From contig CAXXGI010000003.1 in assembly GCA_963674695.2 (NCBI GenBank), positions 512,001 through 576,000 on the forward strand: DNA of 64,000 bases. The letters run 5' to 3'. This DNA is from a bacterium. GTDB lineage: Bacteria > UBA10199 > 2-02-FULL-44-16 > JAAZCA01. The notes beneath the pieces are model-generated. The model saw only the letters and a program-made list of their open reading frames with translations, made no database searches and was not told the DNA's origin. The translations under genes were made by a program, and so were the position numbers. Positions 56,752-64,000 of this stretch are shown piece after piece. Position 1 is the stretch's first letter. Each line of letters starts with the position of its first letter.

Positions 56752-58523
56752 TAGAGGGAGGTGACGCGCGTGTCACGCGTTTTGAGGTATCGCCCCACGC
56801 CGTCGGCGACGGAGATCGCGACCGCTTCCTGGTAGGGCGTCGACTTGAGGCGCTTCTCTTCGCGCGGATTCGAGATGAATGCGGTCTCGACAAGGATGGC
56901 CGGACACTTGGCGCCGACGAGGACATAGAAGAGTGCTGAGCGAACGCCCCGGTCGCGCACCTTGGAATACCGTTTACCGACGCGTTTGACCATGCTGCGC
57001 TGCACATCGGTGGCCAGCGCGTTGGATTCGCCCGCGTCATGATTGAGCAACATCGTGGAGAGGATGTGCTCGACGGTGGAGAGGTTCTGTCCGGCGTTTC
57101 GATTTTCGCGTGCGGCGAGTTTGGCCGCGGCCTTATCGGTGGCGTTGTTGAGGTAATAGGTTTCGATGCCGACCTGATCGCGTTTGCGCGAGGCGTTGGC
57201 GTGTACCGAGATGAAGAGATTGGCTTTCTTCGACACGGCATAGGCGTTGCGTTGTTCCAGCGTGAGCGTTTTGTCGCGGCTGCGCGTGAGATAGACCTTG
57301 GCGCCGGTCTCTTTCTTGAGGCGTGTGGCGATCCGTTTGGAGATATCGAGGACGACGTCTTTCTCCTTCGTTCCGCTCGGACCGATCGCGCCCGGATCGT
57401 CTCCGCCGTGTCCCGGATCGATCACGATGCGCAGACGGTTCGGATCATTGCCAAAGAGCTTGCTCCAAAATGGCGTCTTCGCCGGCGGTGCCCTGGCTGC
57501 TTTTGGCTCGGTGCCGCGCGTGAAGCGCATGATGATCTGTTTCCCCTTCGGAACGATTTCATACGTCGTGCTCGGCTGCAGCATGATGAGCAGGCTTACG
57601 CCTGAACCGAGCAGCTGCTTCTTCATCTTGATGCGGTCGACGAACGTGGTGCCGACGGCAAGCTGTTTGCCCAGTGCTGATGAGGGCTTGGTATAGGCCA
57701 ATCGGAGATCGAGCTTCGGCTGCGATTGGGTGCGGGGCCCGACGCCGGTGAATTCGTAGGTATAGGTTGCCGGACGTGTGAGCGTGAGCGTGATGGTCGT
57801 GCCCGTATCGGACTCAGCGATGTCGATGGCGCTCAGCGTTGCCTCGCTGCCGCGGCCGGCCACCTGAATGTCGAAGGGGTTCTGTGTTGCGGCTTCGGCA
57901 TCCTCTGCAGTTGCTGCGGCAGGTTTTTCATCCACCTCGATGATGTCGCCGGCCGGCGGCGTCGTCGCCGTTGTTGCGGCAGCGTTCGTTGCTGCCGCCG
58001 TTGCGATGGCTGCCTTTTCGGCTTGGGGAACATCTCCCATCGTTTCGAGTGCAGCGCGCGCCTTGGGCGCCATGTCGCCCTGCGGATAGTGTTGGATCAG
58101 ATAGGTATAGGCCTTGCGCGCGCGGTCGTCTTCCTTCAGCGGGTCTTGGCGGAGCCGGGCGACGCGATAGAGGGAGTCATCGGCGAGCGAGTTCTTCGGA
58201 TAGCCGCGGATGACACCATTATACAGTTTGACCGCCGCCACGATGTCGCCGCGATCTTTGGTATGGGCATACAGCTCGCAGCGCAGACGCGCGGCGCTGT
58301 AGAGGGCCGACGGCGCCTTGGCGCTTTTCGGAAATTCGGTCGCGACCCCCTCGAATTTCGAGATGCACTCCTCCCAGGCTGCACGCTGAATGGAGGGCGC
58401 ACCCTTCACGCTCTGGTAGCAAGCGCGCGCTTCGTTGTAGGCGCTGCCCGCATCGGCCCGCGCTGCTGGGGCGAAGACGATGCTGGTGAGAAGGATGACC
58501 AGAAGAGCGAATGTTGTTTTCAT
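56751..58523 (-). CDS. N-acetylmuramoyl-L-alanine amidase (Amidase_3) with N-terminal TPR region
   Basis: Signal peptide, TPR-like YPKNSLADDSLY, IDPGHGG, FISVHANAS, ILVETAFISN. Confidence 0.92.
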   Translation of the reverse strand: MKTTFALLVILLTSIVFAPAARADAGSAYNEARACYQSVKGAPSIQRAAWEECISKFEGVATEFPKSAKAPSALYSAARLRCELYAHTKDRGDIVAAVKLYNGVIRGYPKNSLADDSLYRVARLRQDPLKEDDRARKAYTYLIQHYPQGDMAPKARAALETMGDVPQAEKAAIATAAATNAAATTATTPPAGDIIEVDEKPAAATAEDAEAATQNPFDIQVAGRGSEATLSAIDIAESDTGTTITLTLTRPATYTYEFTGVGPRTQSQPKLDLRLAYTKPSSALGKQLAVGTTFVDRIKMKKQLLGSGVSLLIMLQPSTTYEIVPKGKQIIMRFTRGTEPKAARAPPAKTPFWSKLFGNDPNRLRIVIDPGHGGDDPGAIGPSGTKEKDVVLDISKRIATRLKKETGAKVYLTRSRDKTLTLEQRNAYAVSKKANLFISVHANASRKRDQVGIETYYLNNATDKAAAKLAARENRNAGQNLSTVEHILSTMLLNHDAGESNALATDVQRSMVKRVGKRYSKVRDRGVRSALFYVLVGAKCPAILVETAFISNPREEKRLKSTPYQEAVAISVADGVGRYLKTRDTRVTSL

Positions 58524-58606
58524 GGTTCGGGATAATACCATTGAAAATCGGGGGGTTCAAATAAAAAGCCCATCGTGCGCTTTGCGGGGGTAATGAACCC
58601 TGGGTT

Positions 58607-58761
58607 TGTCATCCTCGCGAATGCGGGGATCTCGACGGAAAGACCTCAATCGAGATTCCCGTTTTCACGGGAATGACAAACCCGGCTGTTGTCATCCTCG
58701 CGAATGCGGGGATCTCGCTTCAAGGACTACAGGCGAGATTCCCGTTTTCACGGGAATGACA
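58607..58761. repeat. Two tandem REP-like inverted pairs
   Basis: TGTCATCCTCGCGAATGCGGGGATCTCG / CGAGATTCCCGTTTTCACGGGAATGACA, twice. Confidence 0.9.
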
Positions 58762-58770
58762 ATCGCTTGT

Positions 58771-58795
58771 ACGAGTCACGAGTTACGAGTCACGG
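58771..58795. repeat. Heptamer repeat spanning the mutS stop codon
   Basis: ACGAGTC ACGAGTT ACGAGTC ACGG; supplies ..VTRNS-stop. Confidence 0.8.
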
Positions 58796-61400
58796 TTTTC
58801 TTCAACTCCTGCAAGATGGTAAGGGCTTCCAGCGGTGTGGTGGTGTTGGGATCGATGTCGTGGAGGCGGGTGACGACCTCATGCGAGGGCGATTGCGTGA
58901 AGAGTTGAAATTGTGCGGGTTGCGCGGGCGCGGCGTGATCCGTCGCACGATGTCCGCCGATGCGTGGACTGCCGACCTCGTCGAACTCCCCCGCCTCGAG
59001 ATTGGTGAGCACCTCGGTGGCGCGACCGATGACGCCCTCGGGGAGCCCCGCGAGTTTGGCGACCTGGATGCCATAGCTGTGCGAGGTGGCTCCAGGGACG
59101 AGCCGGCGCAGGAAGACGACCTCGCCGTTCCACTCCTTCACCGCGATGTGCATGTTGCGCAGCCCGGTCTTTTGCAGGGCGAGCTCGGTGAGTTCGTGAT
59201 AGTGCGTGGCAAAGAGCGTGCGCGCCCGGACGCGGTCGTGCAGATCCTCGGCTACGGCCCAGGCGATGGCCAATCCGTCGAAGGTGGAGGTGCCTCGCCC
59301 GATCTCGTCGATGATGACGAGGCTTTTGGGCCCCGCTTCGCGCAGAATCGTGGCGGCCTCCGACATCTCCACCATAAAGGTCGACTGACCCTGGGCCAGC
59401 GCATCGGAAGCGCCCACGCGCGTGAAGATGCGGTCAGCCACGCCGATGCGCGCACTCGTTGCGGGGACGAATGAACCGATCTGCGCCATCAGGACGATGA
59501 GCGCGCTCTGTCGCATGACGGTCGATTTCCCCGCCATATTGGGGCCGGTGATGAGCAGCAGCCGGTTGTCGGTATCGTCGAGCAGCACATCGTTTGGCAC
59601 GAAGCGCACGCTGGGATCCATGCGTTCGACGATCGGGTGACGCCCTCCCTGGATATCGATCGCCGAACCGTCATCGACGGTCGGGCGACAATAGTCGTAT
59701 TCGGCGGCGATGCGCGCGAGCCCCGTCAGCGCATCGATGGCGGCGATCGCCTCAGCCGTGGCCTGGAGGCGCGGCGTCGCCTCAGCGATGCGCTCGCGCA
59801 GCGTGACGAAGAGGTCGTATTCGAGCGCGCGCGCCTTTTCCTGTGCGCCCAGGATCGTCTCTTCGCGTTCCTTGAGCTGCGGGGTGATATAGCGTTCCGC
59901 GTTCGCGAGCGTCTGTTTGCGGATGTAGTCGGCGGGGACCTTGTCGCGATGGGCGTTGGTCACCTCGAGGTAGTAGCCGAAGACCTTGTTATAGCGAATT
60001 TTCAGCGAGCTGATCCCGGTCCGTTTGCGCTCTGCCGCCTCGATCGAGGCGATGTAATCCTTTCCGTGATCGATGATGTGGCGCAGCTCATCGAGCCCTT
60101 CATCGATGCCGTTGCGGATGATTCCCCCTTCGCGGATGGTCAGCGGCGGCTCGTCGGCGATGGTCTGCGCGATGGCCTCGATCAGATCATCGGCGGGGTC
60201 GATGCATCCGGCATGCTGGGCGATGAGGCCGGCGCTATCGGCGAGCTGCTCGCGCACGAGGCGCGCGGCGGCGAGCGATTCCCGCAGGGCGAGCAGATCG
60301 CGCGCATTCGCGCTGCCCAGCGCCACGCGCGTGGTGATGCGCTCGAGGTCGTAGATCTCGCGCAGCGTCTCGGGCAGCGCGCGCAGCAGCCCCGGTTCGG
60401 AGAGGATCGAGGCAACCGCCTCCAGGCGTTCCTCGATCGCATCGACGTCGATGAGCGGATAGAGGATCCAGCGCTTGAGCAGACGCGATCCGAGCGCCGT
60501 GGTGGTTCGATCCAACGCGTGCAGGAGCGACCCCTCGCGCTCCCCCGCGGGCATGGTGCGGGTGAGTTCCAGGTTGCGCTTGGTCGCCTCGTCCAGGCGC
60601 ATGGCGTACGCGGCCCTGCCGCTCGAGATGGCGGTGATGTGCCGCAGGTTCCCCCGCTGCGTCTGCTGCAGATAGGAGAGCGTTCGCGCAGCGGCTTGTG
60701 CGGCGACGGGCATGCGTTCGATGAGTGCCGCCCCGCCGGTGAGCGCTTCGAGGGCATCGACGGCGGGTTCGCCATCATCGGTGCTGATGAGAACGTTCGG
60801 GAGTAGCCGCTGGATGCGCGCCATGAGCGATGGATGCTGCGCGCAGGCTTCGTTGACGAGGAGCTCACGCGGTTCGGCGCGGGCGAGCTCTTCGAGAAAT
60901 GCCTCGGGAGTATCGAAGGTATCGGCCTGAAAAAGCCCCGTGGAGATATCGGCGAGCGCCAGACCGAATTGCCCCTTCTCATCCAGGGCAATTCCCGCCA
61001 GGAAATTGTCGGCCGTGGCATCGAGACCAAGGCCATCGGCGACCACCCCCGGGGTGACCACCCGCGTGACCTCGCGTTTGACGACTCCTTTTGCCTGCCG
61101 CGGGTCCTCGACCTGATCGCAGATGGCGACCTTCTCCCCCTTTTCCAGCAGCTTGGCGATATAGGGTTCGATCGAATGATACGGAACGCCGCAGAGCGGG
61201 ATCGGGTTGGGGTCATTCTTGTTTCGAGAGGTTAAAGTGATTTCGAGATGTTTGGATGCAACTACAGCATCATCATAGAACATTTCATAGAAGTCACCGA
61301 GGCGAAAAAGGAGGATCGCATCCGGGTGCTGCGCCTTGATGCTCTGATACTGGCGCAACATCGGTGTGGGCGCATCATTATATGGTGGCTTCTTGGACAT
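58776..61400 (-). CDS. mutS: DNA mismatch repair protein MutS
   Basis: TPMLRQY, GDFYEMF, TGPNMAGKST, DEIGRGTST, FATHYHELT. Confidence 0.98.
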   Translation of the reverse strand: MSKKPPYNDAPTPMLRQYQSIKAQHPDAILLFRLGDFYEMFYDDAVVASKHLEITLTSRNKNDPNPIPLCGVPYHSIEPYIAKLLEKGEKVAICDQVEDPRQAKGVVKREVTRVVTPGVVADGLGLDATADNFLAGIALDEKGQFGLALADISTGLFQADTFDTPEAFLEELARAEPRELLVNEACAQHPSLMARIQRLLPNVLISTDDGEPAVDALEALTGGAALIERMPVAAQAAARTLSYLQQTQRGNLRHITAISSGRAAYAMRLDEATKRNLELTRTMPAGEREGSLLHALDRTTTALGSRLLKRWILYPLIDVDAIEERLEAVASILSEPGLLRALPETLREIYDLERITTRVALGSANARDLLALRESLAAARLVREQLADSAGLIAQHAGCIDPADDLIEAIAQTIADEPPLTIREGGIIRNGIDEGLDELRHIIDHGKDYIASIEAAERKRTGISSLKIRYNKVFGYYLEVTNAHRDKVPADYIRKQTLANAERYITPQLKEREETILGAQEKARALEYDLFVTLRERIAEATPRLQATAEAIAAIDALTGLARIAAEYDYCRPTVDDGSAIDIQGGRHPIVERMDPSVRFVPNDVLLDDTDNRLLLITGPNMAGKSTVMRQSALIVLMAQIGSFVPATSARIGVADRIFTRVGASDALAQGQSTFMVEMSEAATILREAGPKSLVIIDEIGRGTSTFDGLAIAWAVAEDLHDRVRARTLFATHYHELTELALQKTGLRNMHIAVKEWNGEVVFLRRLVPGATSHSYGIQVAKLAGLPEGVIGRATEVLTNLEAGEFDEVGSPRIGGHRATDHAAPAQPAQFQLFTQSPSHEVVTRLHDIDPNTTTPLEALTILQELKKTVTRNS

Positions 61401-61459
61401 GGAGCCCTTCCATACAAGGGCCGCACCGCAGAATCAAGCGTAGAGCGCATGGTGATCGT

Positions 61460-61530
61460 TGTCATCCCCGTGAAAACGGGGATCTCGATGTTCCGTATAG
61501 AACGAGATTCCCGCGTTCGCGGGAATGACA
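61460..61530. repeat. REP-like inverted pair
   Basis: Same arms as the other copies. Confidence 0.9.
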
Positions 61531-61600
61531 AAACAAGTCCTCCCCGGTAACAGGCGTTACCGAATATGTTGATATTGAAGGGGAAATCGGACAGCCGCCG

Positions 61601-61630
61601 GCAACTTTGACCTGTCGCCGAACCGATAAT
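61601..61630 (+). promoter_or_regulatory. Sigma28-like promoter of cassette copy 1
   Basis: GCAACTT-N14-ACCGATAAT. Confidence 0.6.
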
Positions 61631-61660
61631 GTCTACGAGGGGCACGTTTTGGAGGCAACT

Positions 61661-62059
61661 ATGCTGGGACTTCTCGGATGTGGATTTTTGATTGCGGGAA
61701 TCATTTGTGGGGCCGTCGTTGGCGCGACCTCGATGGGCGTTCAGATCCAGGGAGCCATAGATCAAAAGAAAGCGGCTCAGGATAATCTGGAACTTCAGCA
61801 GCAACAGGCGCAGAAGGCGGAGAACAAAGAGGACAAGTTCAACGAATATCAAGAACGCGTGGCCTCGAAGGAGACGCTCACAGCGACGATGAAGGCCAAC
61901 GCGATGATCGGGCGCATCGAGAAACAGACCGACGATGCGCGCAACGGCACGCTGAGCAATCGGCGCAAGGCGAGGAAAGAGGGGCATGGACTCGGCCACC
62001 GGCGCGTGCACACCCCTCGCCCAAGTTATGCCAATCATGGCAAACCGGCACAGGCATGA
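61661..62059 (+). CDS. Cassette gene A: Gly-rich hydrophobic N-terminus plus coiled coil
   Basis: GGAGG RBS; MLGLLGCGFLIAGIICGAVVGA; Q/K/E-rich helix; strongly similar to 63349-63747. Confidence 0.8.
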   Translation: MLGLLGCGFLIAGIICGAVVGATSMGVQIQGAIDQKKAAQDNLELQQQQAQKAENKEDKFNEYQERVASKETLTATMKANAMIGRIEKQTDDARNGTLSNRRKARKEGHGLGHRRVHTPRPSYANHGKPAQA

Positions 62060-62078
62060 TGAAGCGGAAGGAGATCCG

Positions 62079-62678
62079 ATGATCAGCGCGGGATTCATCA
62101 ATCAAAATACGGGACAGCGAACGAATCAGCAGCAGAGCAATCCCTACATGCAGGGCGGCGGCATGGCTCCCCCGCAGGCGGTCGGGCCGAGCTTTCAGCC
62201 GACCTTCGGGCCACAGTGGACCGCCCCCTCCTCTGCGCCGGGGATCAATTTCAAGGCGGAGCTGAGTGAAGCGGATGCCGCCGAGGCGATGCGCTGGGGA
62301 TTCGGGACGCAGATGGCGGGCATGGCGGTGAACACCATCATGCAGGGGTTCAACTACGGTCTCGCCGCCAAGTCGATGGAGTATCAGGCCTCGATCGCAA
62401 ACAAATACTACGACACACAGGAGACGATCGCCGGGTATCAGAAGGAGGTGGCGATCGAGCAGCTCAGCGTCCAGAAGGAAGGCATGGGGATCCAGCAGGA
62501 GATGCATGCCGCACAGATCGAACACGAGAAGGGAATGGCGCGGCTCGAAGGCAACACGCAGGCGCGGCTGAAGATGATCGAAGACCGCGGCAAGACGAAC
62601 CGGGCGAAGATCCTCACGGTGTCGAACGCCTTCGATCGCCGTGGCTGGAGCAACTACGGCATGCCGCACGCGGCATGA
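62079..62678 (+). CDS. Cassette gene B: Q/P-rich N-terminus, Gly/Ala helix, coiled coil
   Basis: AAGGAG RBS; MISAGFINQN...; paralog begins at 63766. Confidence 0.8.
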   Translation: MISAGFINQNTGQRTNQQQSNPYMQGGGMAPPQAVGPSFQPTFGPQWTAPSSAPGINFKAELSEADAAEAMRWGFGTQMAGMAVNTIMQGFNYGLAAKSMEYQASIANKYYDTQETIAGYQKEVAIEQLSVQKEGMGIQQEMHAAQIEHEKGMARLEGNTQARLKMIEDRGKTNRAKILTVSNAFDRRGWSNYGMPHAA

Positions 62679-62691
62679 AGGAGCGGAACCT

Positions 62692-63195
62692 ATGAATGAG
62701 ATGATAGCGAATGATCCTCATGCAGAAATTATGTGGCAAGAGTTTGATATCATCGAACAAAATAGTGCCTCCGGAATGGGCGGCGCTTCAGCCGGGATGT
62801 TTGCCTTCGGCGCTACGGTGGCGGCCTTCCAGACCATCGGCGCGGGCGTGGCGTATCACTTTCAGAGCGAGACGCTCGACATCCAGCGCGATACCAAGAT
62901 CGCGGCATACGATCATCAGGAGCGGATGGGCGAGAAGCAGAAGAATATGCAGCTGACCACGCTCAAGGAACAGAAGAAACAGCAACAGAATGCCAAGGTG
63001 GCCAATCAGAAGTATCTGGACGCGCAGCAGAAGCTGGCGCGGGCCAAGGGCGAAAAGACGATCTCCGAGGCCGACCTCAAGGAGGCCAGGCTGACGATGA
63101 AGGCGGGCAAGACCGATGGTCGCGCCCTGGACAAACTCTTCGATCGACGTGGAAACTACCGGTATGGCAACCCCATTGCGCACGGAACCGGTTGA
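62692..63195 (+). CDS. Cassette gene C: Gly/Ala hydrophobic segment plus coiled coil
   Basis: AAGGAG RBS; GMGGASAGMFAFGATVAAFQTIGAGVAY; ends FDRRGNYRYGNP. Confidence 0.78.
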   Translation: MNEMIANDPHAEIMWQEFDIIEQNSASGMGGASAGMFAFGATVAAFQTIGAGVAYHFQSETLDIQRDTKIAAYDHQERMGEKQKNMQLTTLKEQKKQQQNAKVANQKYLDAQQKLARAKGEKTISEADLKEARLTMKAGKTDGRALDKLFDRRGNYRYGNPIAHGTG

Positions 63196-63288
63196 AATGT
63201 AATGTGATTTACTTCAGGCCTCCTCTTTGTGGTGACAGTCCTTTCTTGCAATAAAATGGACTTTAAGCACCATTTCACGCAAATCCAC

Positions 63289-63318
63289 GCAACTTCCGAC
63301 TCTCATCCAACCGATAAT
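63289..63318 (+). promoter_or_regulatory. Sigma28-like promoter of cassette copy 2
   Basis: GCAACTT-N14-ACCGATAAT. Confidence 0.6.
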
Positions 63319-63348
63319 GTCAACGAGGGGTAGAACCACGGAGGCGTT

Positions 63349-63747
63349 ATGCTCGGACTGTTGGGATGCGGATTTTTGATTGCGGGGGTTGTCTGCGGTG
63401 TCGTCTTGGGCGGTGTCAATGCGGCCATGCAGGCCAATGCCGCTGCCGATGCCAAGGATATGGCCAAAAAAGAACAGGCGCTCACCAAAGAGCGCATGAC
63501 CAACGCCGAGAATAAAGAGGACAAGTTCAACGAATACAAGGAACGCATGGCCTCGAAGGAGACGCTCCAGACGACGATGAAGGCGAATGCCCTGATCGGA
63601 CGCGTGGAGAAACAGGCCGAGGATGCGCGCAACGATACGCTGAGCAATCGGCGCAAGGCCTTGAAAGAGGGACATGGGCTGGGCCAGCGGCGCGTACAGA
63701 CCTCACGTCCGAGCTATGCCAACAACGGTCGGCCGGCACAGGCATAA
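63349..63747 (+). CDS. Cassette gene A, second copy
   Basis: 132 aa, colinear with 61661-62059. Confidence 0.82.
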   Translation: MLGLLGCGFLIAGVVCGVVLGGVNAAMQANAAADAKDMAKKEQALTKERMTNAENKEDKFNEYKERMASKETLQTTMKANALIGRVEKQAEDARNDTLSNRRKALKEGHGLGQRRVQTSRPSYANNGRPAQA

Positions 63748-63765
63748 TTTCCGAAGGGAGCTTTT

Positions 63766-64000
63766 ATGATCGGAGCGGGAAACAACTATCAGTCGACGCA
63801 GACCGCCCAACAAGGCCAGCAGACCAATCCCTATATGCAGGGCGGCGGCATGGCTCCTCCCAGTGCGATGGGGCCGAGCTTTCAGCCGACCTTCGGGCCG
63901 CAGTGGACGGCCCCCACCTCTGCCCCGGGGATCAATTTCAAGGCGGAGTTGGGTACAAAGGAATCGGCCGAGGCGATGCGCTGGGGGTTCGGGACGCAGA
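63766..64000 (+). CDS. Cassette gene B, second copy (truncated by window end)
   Basis: My translation: MIGAGNNYQSTQTAQQGQQTNPYMQGGGMAPPSAMGPSFQPTFGPQWTAP...AEAMRWGFGTQ. Confidence 0.8.
   Translation, partial: MIGAGNNYQSTQTAQQGQQTNPYMQGGGMAPPSAMGPSFQPTFGPQWTAPTSAPGINFKAELGTKESAEAMRWGFGTQ

Noticed and set aside
58607-58761. Repeat-spacer-repeat pattern resembling CRISPR or integron attC sites
   Set aside because: Arms alternate in orientation, spacers are under 20 bp, and copies are dispersed between housekeeping genes; this fits a REP family.

Overview
A GC-rich bacterial chromosome segment. Gene order and protein types suggest a deltaproteobacterial-grade organism (Myxococcota/Bdellovibrionota-like; this is inference). 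Bases 1-4823 hold a lower-GC, phage-like recombination/replication operon on the minus strand: Sak4-like AAA ATPase, HNH-like protein, replisome organiser with iterons, and a helicase-loader-like protein. It starts at a sigma54/IHF-type promoter, with no integrase or repressor at the junction with the host gene shc. The rest is mostly housekeeping genes: shc, glpX, lipA, recG, lysC, lpdA, tsaE, nnr, acpS, pdxJ, glmM, folP, ftsH, tilS, miaB, glnD, an amidase and mutS. Accessory features are interspersed. (i) Two paralogous giant Cys-rich, MYXO-CTERM-like surface proteins have matching sigma54 promoters, and one is followed by a TraB-like OmpA beta-barrel. (ii) Two divergent OPT transporters sit with a PqqD-like protein. 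(iii) Two secreted orphan proteins and a tandemly duplicated cassette of membrane/coiled-coil proteins share a sigma28-like promoter motif. (iv) About 19 REP-like palindromic loci are present. (v) Families of 8-bp and 7-bp tandem repeats form inverted pairs around a decayed four-helix-bundle gene and occur in frame inside conserved enzymes. No rRNA, tRNA, CRISPR array or transposase was seen. All calls come from reading the sequence by eye; no database search was run.
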